54,526 bases of DNA, taken from positions 1 through 54,526 of the forward strand of contig JAPEUG010000078.1 of NCBI GenBank assembly GCA_026025795.1. Reading direction: 5' to 3'. A program made the translations under genes and the position numbers. Position 1 is the stretch's first letter; each line of letters opens with the position of its first letter. The notes under the pieces are model-generated. The model searched no databases. It was not told the origin of the DNA and was given only the letters and a program-made list of their open reading frames with translations. Below are positions 35,292 through 45,502 of the stretch, in pieces. The DNA is from Thelocarpon superellum (taxonomy: Eukaryota).

Positions 35292-36420
35292 ATGGCCACC
35301 GCGACCAAGCGAAAGGCCACCGACCTGGCCCTAGACAAGGCCAAGAAAGCCAAGGCAGACGGGAGCATCACCTCCTTCTTTGGCGCGCCCAAGTCCACCG
35401 CGGCCACGAACGCCACGCTCGGCGTCTCGTCAAGCCCCGTCTCAACCCCAGCCACTGTAAAGTTTGACAAGGAGAAGTGGGTGGAGAAGTTGACGGCCGA
35501 GCAGAAGGAATTGCTCAAGCTGGAGATTGACACGCTGCACGAGTCGTGGTTGGCCCATCTCAAGGACGAGGTGCTGACCAAGGAGTTTCTGGACCTCAAG
35601 CGCTTCCTCAAGGCAGAGGTGCAGGCGGGGAAGAAGGTGTTTCCGCCGGCCGAAGACGTGTATTCCTGGTACGTTCTCCAACAGCCCAGGTTCCATCGAT
35701 CCTTTGAGCAATTCGCCGAATAGTCTACGTTCGTCGATCTGACACCGTCCCCAGGTCTCGCCACACCCCCCTCCCCACCGTCAAAGTGGTGATCCTCGGC
35801 CAAGACCCCTACCACAACCACAACCAAGCACACGGCCTGTGCTTCTCCGTGCGGCCGCCCACGCCGGCCCCGCCGTCGCTGAAGAACATGTTCATCGCGC
35901 TGAAGAAGGACTATCCCTCCTTTACGCCGCCACCGAAGAACACGGGCCTCCTGACCCCCTGGGCCGACCGGGGCGTGCTGCTCCTCAACACGTGTCTGAC
36001 GGTGCGAGCGCACGAAGCCAACAGCCACGCCAAGCACGGATGGGAGAAGTTTACGCAGAAAGTCATCGACACCGTCGCCAAGGTGCGCACCAAGGGCGTC
36101 GTCTTTCTCGCCTGGGGCACTCCGGCGGCGCAGCGGGTCGCGAAGATTGACAAGAAGAGACACAATGTGTTGTTGAGCGTTCACCCTAGTCCACTGAGTG
36201 CGTCTAGGGGATTTGTACGTGTCACTCCTCCCTCCCTCTCTCTGAGCATCTTCTCCCCCACAGCCACAGAACGAAGGAGAAGGACAGCTACTAACGGAAT
36301 GACTGACAGTTCGACTGCAACCACTTCAAGAAAACCAACGAGTGGCTACAGACACGGTACGGAGTTGAGGAGCAGATAGATTGGAACTTGGACGTTGACC
36401 CTGCCGAGGCTGGTGTTTAA
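35292..36420 (+). CDS. UNG1: Uracil-DNA glycosylase
   Basis: VILGQDPYH, QAHGLCFSV, GVLLLN, FLAWG, HPSPLSASRGF and FDCNHFKKTNEWL. Introns at about 35669-35754 and 36215-36309. Confidence 0.96.
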
Positions 36421-36614
36421 TCACTCCTACAAACGCAAAATACCCCGCACCCTCTGTTTCCCTCTTTCCTTCTCTTTCTCCTTCTTTCGTCCTTTCTTAC
36501 ATTATGCCTAGAGAATCTGGATCTGGATCTGGACCTGGAACTGGAGACAAGAGGGAACTACCAGGAGAAGCCACCAAGTACATCGTACAACCCAGAACGC
36601 GGGAGACTTTCCTC

Positions 36615-38216
36615 TCATCGTCTCACACCAAAACTAGAAGAAGAAGAGAGAGCCCCTTTCTCCTGCAACTCACGCATGGCAGCTCTCGCAGACCGACTTC
36701 CACCGAGTTTAGGCCCCTTGGGCCGCTCATCGCCTTTCTTCCCTCCCATCCCTCCACCTCCACCTCCTCCTAATCCACCCGCTTTCGCACCAGAGGCGGT
36801 CGTGGTAGACGAAGATGCAGTGACGGGCCCAGTCCGCCGTCGTTGACGCGAGGAGACAGCGTCCATGAATTCCCGCCGGAATTGCTCTGCGATACGGTCG
36901 TCTGCTCCTTCTTCCTCCTCTTCTTCTCCCCCCCCTGCACCGCCGTCTCCGTCTCCGTCTGCTTCTCCGGCCCGGCGGTGGTGGAGTCCGGGGTGACCTG
37001 CTGCTTCGTTGTAGATCTCCACTTTGCCACATCCTTGCCGTTAGCTTCGTAAGAAGAAAGAAGAGGAGAGGGAAAGGGAGGGAAAGGGAAGGAAAGGGAA
37101 GGAAAGGGAAGGAAAGGGAAGGGGAAGGGAAGGGAAGAGAAAGGAAAAGAGGCAGAGCTTACGTCTCGACTCCCGCAAGACTTCCTCCACCAGCCTGTCC
37201 CGCCTCATATCCTCGCTCGTCCGTCGTGCTTGTCGGCGCTTGGGTCGGTAGGGCTTGCCGTCTTTCCCGATCCGGATCTTTCTCTTCCCCGCCTTTTCCT
37301 CTTCGTCTTCTTCCCCTTCCATCATCTGCCCCTCCATCCGCCGTCGTGCGGCTTCCGTACGCGCAATGTTCGACAAGGTCGCGTTAGGCCCCAGGTCAAT
37401 CTCGTGTAGTTTTCCCAGCGACGCTGGCTGTCGCTGTAGATGGTCTCGTGTTCCAGAGGGAGATGGATTGGGGGGTGCGTTCATTCCGTCGCGGTGCGAG
37501 GCGTCCGCCTCATCCGGCACAGCGGACGCCGAGGACTGGGATAGATCTCCCCGACGGCGCTTGGCTAGCTCGGCATCTATGAACGCGATCCTTCCCCGCG
37601 TCAGTCGCGTCACTTTCAATTTCCGGCTCTCCACTCCCGCTTTCCACCTCATGGGACCTTGACCACCGACGCGGACGTTGGAGGCCGGAGACTCGAGGCT
37701 TGGCGGCGCTGTCACTCACATGTGCTTATTCACGTCCGCCACCTGGCCCGTCTGCGGCGCAAATCGATTCGTGACACTCGCCACGTCCTCCATGACCTCG
37801 TCTTCGTGCCCGACCGTCTCGCCTTGACCGTGGGTTGTCGGTGGTGCCGACACGAGCGCCATCCCAGATGCATGCGAATGCGCCGCCGCAGACGTCTGGC
37901 CCGCGCCAAACTCGAGCCCGCCTCGTCGCTGCTTGGCCTGGCGTCGGAGCCGGACGATCTCCGAGATGTGCAACGCTGTGTTTTCCGCCTCTCCTTCCTC
38001 TGCGTGCTTCCGCTGGTGGGACGGTACGGCTCCTGCGCGACGATCCTGACTCGACATGTCGTGTGCGTGGACTGCAGCCGCGTCGGTCGTCGTCGTCGTC
38101 GCTACTACTGCCACATCCTCGTCCTCGTCGGCCCGCTTGCGATATACCTTTCGTCGTTTCCCCGGGCGAAAGCTCACGGGGCCTTCACCCAGCTCGGTGC
38201 ACTGTGTCTCCGTCAT
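36615..38216 (-). CDS. Probable C9orf78/Tls1 (Hep_59)-like splicing-associated protein
   Basis: FRPGKRRKVYRKR, RRGGLEF, RFAPQTGQVADVNKHM|IAFIDAEL, GKLHEIDLG, ADDRIAEQFRREF and GPKLGGSRSARAAM. Introns at about 37592-37718 and 37023-37162. Confidence 0.72.
37051..37152. repeat. 102-nt uninterrupted homopurine/homopyrimidine tract (intronic)
   Basis: Only A and G on the plus strand from 37051 to 37152, including GGAAAGGGAA x4. Confidence 0.9.
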
Positions 38217-38532
38217 GCTTCGGGGTGTTCGTGGAGGGAGCTGCGGCACGAGGTGCAACGGGTAGCAAATCGAAAAGTCCTCGAGGTTATGGCGCAGCGC
38301 GTCGTCGCCCCCACGTCGCTTACCCGGCGAAAGGAAATGGATATACACGTAGCTCCGGGTAACGACAGCCTCGCCAACCTCCCCAACAATGCCAATTCCG
38401 CTCCGTTCAACGACTTGGCCATGTCCGTGTCAACACCGAACAGTTCTCCACTACTATGTCAAAGCGAATAGAGTTGAGATTGCGATACAGTCCCTATTCC
38501 TCCAACACTCCTCTAACGTTTGAGCGCTGAAC

Positions 38533-39744
38533 CTAGATAACGTCGTCTCGCTCCCATCCCATAGGCTTCAGATGCTCAATCCCTTTGGAAGGATGGTCCT
38601 TGGTCGCGGCCTTGTACGTCGACACAAACGGATTGGGGTCCATGTTCTGGTCGAGATTCCCTAGCGTGTGGTTGACCTCCCGGTGTTTGGCCTCGTCCGC
38701 GCGGATGTAGAGCAGAAGATCGCGCATCTTGCGATGCCCCTCTGGCATGTTCCAGTACCGGACCGCAATCTCAGGTGCTTCCAGGTCGTTCCACTTGGGC
38801 AACTTGCCAGCATCAATGTCATTGATGGCCCGCGTGTACGTCAACACCGCCTCTTCTTCCAGGTACCCGACGAATCGGTGGCACGACCGGGGCGAGATCA
38901 GGTATGACACAAACATGGCATTGAAGAAGACGCCCTGCGCTCCGAGGAGCATGAATCGCATGAACCACCCGGGTTCCGCCATCTTGAGGAAGGTCAACAG
39001 GTGCATCCGCTCATTGTAGGCTTCTTCCAGGAGCGTCTCGATCCTACGACCGTTAGCTTACGGAGCCTCATCGACGCATCATCCCTAAGAGCCCACCATC
39101 CGTTGTCGCGCTTCATCCTCCGCAGGCTGTGGAGGTGTCGAAGCATTCCTCCCACCATCCCCGGCACCCCGGCCACGCTCTCGAGAAAGACGAACCGGAC
39201 GAGCCACTTGCGCTCCGTCATGGCGAATGTCCGGGGTTGTTTGGCCAGCGTCGGATCTTTCTTCGCCAGAGCCACCTCCTTATCGTGTCGGTAGCCTGTG
39301 CAAAAGTCCATTCCAGTCCGCAGCACGCGGACCATGGATAACGCTACCCAATCGGCCCAGTTCTTCGTCTGCCGATGAGCCACCTTGATGTCCTTCATCT
39401 GTTGTTCGGAATATCTAGGCTGATTGTTAGCCACTGAGATCCACCATAACTGGAGAGCCACCTTACATCGGATGAGGCCATGCTGGGCCGGTCAATTTGA
39501 TATGGGGGGCGTCGGATGGAGGGGGAAAGTATTCCTTGAGGCCTGTTGGCGCCGTCGAGGAGAAGGCCCGTCGTGATGGGAGCCCATTGTGAGGAACGAC
39601 TCGAGGATAGCAGCCGTATGCATCGGTCGTGCCGTGACAGCGACGGATCACCAGGCGAGGGACACCACGGACGAACGCCGCATGTTTCGCCAAGGTGACC
39701 GTGGACGCCACAGCAGAGGGAGTGAGCTTGGTAGTGGAGAGCAT
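38533..39744 (-). CDS. AOX: Mitochondrial alternative oxidase
   Basis: Basic N-terminal presequence, [52 protein letters not shown] and [13 protein letters not shown] (di-iron ligands). Two introns. Confidence 0.97.
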
Positions 39745-39932
39745 GTAGCCAGGATATGGGGGATACGTTCAGTGAGGCGACGGTAAGATTTGCTCCAAGA
39801 GCTTCAGTCGCCCTCAGTCGTACTCGATATTAGAAAACTCCTCGCCTTTCTGATGTTGAGGGAAAACCACGGACGCCCACCCAGAAAGCAGGCACGAGTA
39901 TATGAAGGGTAGGGTTCGTATGCGTCCATCCC

Positions 39933-39945
39933 CCGAAAGCGTCCG
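39933..39945 (-). promoter_or_regulatory. Candidate alternative oxidase induction motif (CGG-N7-CGG)
   Basis: Minus strand reads CGG ACGCTTT CGG about 190-200 bp upstream of the AOX ATG. Confidence 0.55.
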
Positions 39946-40395
39946 AGCAATCCCATCCTCTCTCGGGCGTGATTGTAATCTTGGACCACCGGCTACTAGT
40001 GCGACCCTGGCTCTCCCCCCCTCCAGCCTGTCCATCTGACCAGATGCGTTTTCTTCATCCACGAGTTCCGTCAAGCAAGCTCGCCCGTAACGTCGCCGTT
40101 CCTGCGCCGAATGGGGCGATACCGCGGGTGTTCCCGGCCGAACAAGGCTGAGTCGCCCAGCAGCAGCCGGTACGTTTTCGCCTACGCCGTCCGCCGCCGC
40201 CACCAGCGCATAACCGTTACGTAAAGCCCCGCAGGCTTTGGCACCCACGGAGAGAGCGCCTTTACGAACCGGCCCTCGGAAACGCTCCCATGAAGATCAG
40301 GCCGCGACGAGATATTCACGCAACGGTGTTGAGAGGCTGTTCTTAAAAATGCCATAGTAAAGCATGGCCCACAACAACGATTGCGGTGCTCTTCG

Positions 40396-40898
40396 TCAAG
40401 TGCCCGAGGCCGTGACCGTGAATGCAGACTCCCCCTCCTTGACCTCCTGCTCAAATTTCTCCAACTTGTAGACATGCGCCATGCGAGGACCCTCGTCAAG
40501 GTCCTTGAGTAGTCTCCGTAACGCATCCTCGCTTCCTTGCGCTTCCCCTTCAACCTGGTTCCGTCAGCGGCCAGGAAATGCGTTTGAGGCGTCATGACAC
40601 GCCGTTGATCCCAGAGGGACGCGGTTGCAAGAGCATCGGAGGCTGTTCGCCACCATTCACCACCTACCGTGCCGTCGGATGTGTTACGAACCCATCCCGT
40701 CACACCATAGCTACGGGCTTTCTTTTCCGCAAAGGCTCTGCTGATGCTCAGCATTTCCTTTGGCGAGTCCGAGAGCAATCATGTACCGATAAGACACGCC
40801 TTGCACCCGCCCATGGACCGTAAAGGCGACCTGGTCCTCATTTTTAGTCAAATGTGCGAGGTCACGTCGCCACCTTGGCATCCTACCCGCTTTGACAT
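40396..40898 (-). CDS. Acylphosphatase
   Basis: Four exons join to MSKR|VAFTVHGRVQGVSYR|AFAEKKARSYGVTGWVRNTSDGT|VEGEAQGSEDALRRLLKDLDEGPRMAHVYKLEKF... GxVQGVxYR and GWVRN are acylphosphatase signatures. Confidence 0.92.
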
Positions 40899-41863
40899 GA
40901 TCTACAACGTCTCACAAGAAGTCTGATGGTGAGATTGATTGAAGTCGTCTCCACGTCGATGCAAGACGATGAAGGTGAACGGTGGCTGAGGGAGGACTTG
41001 GACTCCTCGCACGTGAGCACTGGCGCTACCAGCGGTCGACGTCGCATCCCACCGTGGTGGCAAGCGAATCTTCGACCGGGGCCAGCTTGAGCCAGGCCAG
41101 GCTTGAGCCAATCCGGGCAAATCAAAATATGCCGACGGTCGGTACCGGGCGCTCGTACCAGCCTACCCAGGAACAGGAGCGTGATCGGACCCCGGCGAGC
41201 TGGAACATAAACAACGCCACCAGCTAGCATTCCCCATGCTTCGCAAGGCCCCGCAAGGCATCCAGTTCGTCCGTCTGCTTGCCACACTGGGACGCGGATG
41301 CACAGCAGGATCGAATCCAGGTCTAAGATTAGATAGCGGGCGATCACGAACGCGGTGCGACCCCTGCAGCAGTGCCGAACGGGCCCGGGTACCGGTACTT
41401 CTCGTGCCGACCGTGACCGCCGAGGTGACGGGCACTCGCCCCGACGTGGCGTCGCTCGACATCCTTAGGGGAAGCGACGGCTTAGGCCCATTTGCCCGGC
41501 CAACTAACGCCCTCCCCTGACTGACGCCGCAATGCTCGTTCTCACTCGTTCTCGCTCATCAATTTCCGACTCGAGCAAGCTGGGGCAACGCTGGTCGGCG
41601 CCGTCGCCGTCGTACGAGACGACCAGTCACCTGCACTAACATACACACTTGTACTTGTATCACCGCTCCCCTCATGCACTCATGCACCCATGCACTGTGG
41701 ACCGCTGAGATTCAGCATGTGTCGTGCCGCATACCGCCTGATCCAGTATCAGACCTGCTGATCGCGCCTGTCATATACAACAACTCCGAGTACTCGTACG
41801 GTACCTGCGGTGTTGACCACAACGCCGGGTGGCCTTTCACCTCACCCTCTCCTGTGGGGAGCG

Positions 41864-43540
41864 ATGAACGAGCCCAACGACACCATGGACGCCCACGTCC
41901 CCATCACTGCCCCGACCCTCCGCACCCTCTCGCCTTCCCCGCATGCCTCTCCTATGCTGGGTCCTGCACGACCGTCGGCCGGTGGGCGCTCGGTGTCCAT
42001 GGCATCGACAGCGTCCATGTCATCTCGCGGCTCCTCCGGCTCGCGCGCGTCTGACACCTCGGCCGCGCGACGCCGAGGGTACGCCCGACCGCAGGCGACC
42101 ACCTTTGCCGACTCGGCACGCAATCGCGAGAGCGTCATGAGCCTTGGCACCATTGCACATTTGCAGTACTACTTTGCCCGCACCGGCCTGCTCGATGGCA
42201 AAGGGGGCCAGCTGTATCGCGACAAGTCGAAGGACGAGCGTAAAAAGGTCGCCGGCGAGCCCACTGGCCCCGTCATATCCATGCCCAGCCTTCGTCAACC
42301 CAAATTGCGGTCCGGCAGCGACTCGACCTACTCCTCCATGCGCTCGTCCCCCGATCCCGCCCAGCCCCTCGAGCCAGAGACCTCGCTCGATGGCGCCTTG
42401 ATGGACAGCCCGATCCAGGAGGAGTTTGCTGCGCACGACCACGAGACGACGTCGCCCATGCTGCCGCCCACGGTCAGCACATACAACTTCCGCGCGAAAC
42501 CCTTGCCTCGACCGCCTACCATGCCCCAGATGCGTCGAGACGTCCGAGACGCCTTGGCCGATGCTTCCAAGGTCTTGCAAGAGGCCGAAGTCGAGACGCG
42601 AGAATCACCATCCTTGCCCGGGCCGAAGGAGGCTGGGGCCACGGCGGAGGCCGTAGGCAGCCCGGATGCGACCGAGCCGCAGGGGTGGCACGAGATCCAA
42701 GGCATGCATATCCTCGATCTGATGACCCTCGCGATTCGGGCGGCCAAGATCTATTACACCGCGCACGAGCATCCGGCACGCCTCGCGGCGCTCAAGTCGG
42801 AGCGGCGCATCCGCGAGGAGCTGCTGACGGTCATGGACACGTTGAAGCGGATGGCCAGTCGGACCTTCCACGGCGGGATACGCGCGGAGGAGCGACAGGT
42901 CATGCAGGGCTGGATTGATGACGTTGAGGCCCTGCTGCGCCAGGAAGAGGGGCAGGAACAGCGCGAGGCCCACGAACGCGAACAATGGGCGTGGATGGTG
43001 GAGAGCTGGAGCGGACGGCCACGGGAGCGTGAGTGGTCGTTCATACGCTCCTTTGATCCGTCCACCGCACCGTTGCCTGCCTGGGACGGTCCGGAAGAGG
43101 CCTCACCTCTCCCAACGCCCTTTCTCCAGGCGCTGCAAAGCGGCATCCGGCTCATTCAGCTGCACAACCACATGGTCACAAAGTCCAAGCGGCCGTTCGG
43201 ACAGATTCCCACCTTCCACACCGACACGATAAAGCCCTACCGGGCGGCGGAGAACCTCCGCTTCTGGATCAAGGCCGCTGAGCTCCGGTGGGAGATCGTC
43301 TTGCGCATTGATGTCTTGGGCGTCGTCTACGGTCGCAGTGCCGAGACGTGGACGCACTTTGACCGGGAATTGATGCGCTGGTCGGCCAAGGTGCGCGAGG
43401 AGTTCATCCGCGAGTGGCGCGACCACAACTCCAGCACCGCCCTCGACGACGTCCCGAGCCGCGCGCCAGAGGACAGGGCGCTGGCGGTGAAAGTCGAGGC
43501 CGAGAGTCTGGACCTGGAACATCACCCGTGGCACGAGTAA
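41864..43540 (+). CDS. Hypothetical protein with a C-terminal calponin-homology-like segment
   Basis: Single 558-codon ORF with coding-like codon bias. FLQALQSGIRLIQLHN...PYRAAENLRFWIKAA resembles CH-domain helices. Confidence 0.75.
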   Translation: MNEPNDTMDAHVPITAPTLRTLSPSPHASPMLGPARPSAGGRSVSMASTASMSSRGSSGSRASDTSAARRRGYARPQATTFADSARNRESVMSLGTIAHLQYYFARTGLLDGKGGQLYRDKSKDERKKVAGEPTGPVISMPSLRQPKLRSGSDSTYSSMRSSPDPAQPLEPETSLDGALMDSPIQEEFAAHDHETTSPMLPPTVSTYNFRAKPLPRPPTMPQMRRDVRDALADASKVLQEAEVETRESPSLPGPKEAGATAEAVGSPDATEPQGWHEIQGMHILDLMTLAIRAAKIYYTAHEHPARLAALKSERRIREELLTVMDTLKRMASRTFHGGIRAEERQVMQGWIDDVEALLRQEEGQEQREAHEREQWAWMVESWSGRPREREWSFIRSFDPSTAPLPAWDGPEEASPLPTPFLQALQSGIRLIQLHNHMVTKSKRPFGQIPTFHTDTIKPYRAAENLRFWIKAAELRWEIVLRIDVLGVVYGRSAETWTHFDRELMRWSAKVREEFIREWRDHNSSTALDDVPSRAPEDRALAVKVEAESLDLEHHPWHE

Positions 43541-45502
43541 AACCATGGAGACGCCCCATGTGTCTGTATATTGACGAATCACGACGCAACGACCCGGGAT
43601 ACCCTGTGCAGATGCTGATGGTGTTATCCGCTCGAGCGAGAAATGCGGGACGGGGCACATTGGGCGGGCGCGATCTTCGACGGGAGAGGCGAGGTGGAAC
43701 GGACATGTCATGTGGCTCTTGCTTCGCCGATGTCTCTACCTCTACGCCGTATACCATAGATATCAGTGCCGTGGTCCCTGACTTCATGCTATCCAGCTCC
43801 GAGGTCCCCCTGTCCGTGATTGATCATGCGCGCTTCGAGTAAAGCCAAGTGATGAATAACGGCCAACGGGGCTGACAGCAGCCGGCGCAGGTGGCACAGG
43901 CTGGCCGTGCGCGGCAGAAACGCCTGCAGCGTGGAGGCCTGACGCAAGGACTCGGTCCGACGACAGATCCTTCAGGCGTTCTCATGGGCACAATACTCGT
44001 TCCCCAGTGCCCCAGTACAATACAAAAGCCTACTCGTTTACTGTGCACACATCCGGGTAAACACCCAGGAACCCGAGCTCTTCCCTCAACGAGTGGAGCC
44101 GCGTAAGTCGTGTACGGCAGTCCTCGGGTGCGCAAGAAGTAGATCCAAGACATGTTGACGAATGCTCACCTTGCACCGCAGGTATTCCTACAGAGACTAC
44201 CGCCTTGCGTTCCAGCACCAAGTCGCAGTTGATGTACATGACCGGGTAAATGTTCCAACACCCTCTTGCAGTGACTGTACTCTACCGATCCCTACCGATC
44301 AATACCAGATGGGTAGCGTGAGACCTGAAAAGGACGCGGGTAGCGTGGAAGGAATCGTCTTACCCGAGATTGGGGTAGGTCCGTGGGAGTTTCGTAGGAG
44401 CTGCCCCTCACCATGCATCGCACCGCCGCGCTGCAACACCGCAGGCCGGCTTGCGGGCACCCGTGATTCGAGCAGACGGTGACCCTCGACTAGCCGTCCT
44501 CCCCATATCTCCCACTAGAGATCTGCAGGGCACGGTGTTTGCCCCGCCTTCAAGACACAATATCAGTAGGGCATAGCAGCAGCCGTTGAACGACAAAACA
44601 GCCCCGCCGCCGTCCACCATTGCTACGCCGCTACCAGCGAGGGGTGGTAGCAGTACGAGCTCCCCATACGCGTTACCGGTAGTGCTGAACCTACCGTCGT
44701 CGCCAGATAAAGTTCCCCCTCGTTGCGTGTGGCATGTTGCATGTGACCCGTCGCCGTCGCCCGGTTTTGGGAGCCAGCCGAAGGCGACAGAGCACCGCGA
44801 GCCCACCGCGCGCGCACGGAGCACAGAGCACGGCAAAATAGAGCCATGCACGATATGAGTACGTGCAAGATCGGCCCAAGGCACGAAGCACATTTGGGTC
44901 ATCATCAGCCGCATTTCCATTACCCCCCCCTTTGCCTGTCGGGTTGTCCACTTTCTCGAGGGAACCGCATTTTACGCTGGTTGCCTTTTCAATCGGCCGA
45001 TTTTCCATCAGCTGAATCCCGGTACGAGTACCCCGGCCTCGCGGACACGCAGGGTGCAGGTAGCCAGGCACCGTCGCTAGGCTAAAGGAGCTGGGTGCTC
45101 GCTCGGTCGTTAGTGACCTGCTCCAGCCTGCGTGCTGCGTCGTGTCCGGCCACGATTGGAGAGCGACGTGATTGGACGGACCATCAGTGACGAGCGCTCG
45201 CCGACTATCCGCACGTTTCAGCGTTCACTCACCACCGGACCCTCTGGCCTACCACCAAGTCTCCAACTTCGCTCGCCGCGACTTTGCCCACACTTACGTC
45301 TGCATCCTGCCCTCGCCGAGCCTCGACCTTCCACCCTCGACCCCCACACCCAGGAACATCGCCGCTTCGGTCGACGGGGACGCGGATGATCGGCAGCCTC
45401 GCCGCCTGCCACCAGCGGCCCACCGCCATCACCGCTGCGCCCATCGCTGCCCCACACCGCTCGCCGCCCGCCATTGAGCTGTGAACACCAAAAACCAAGT
45501 TG

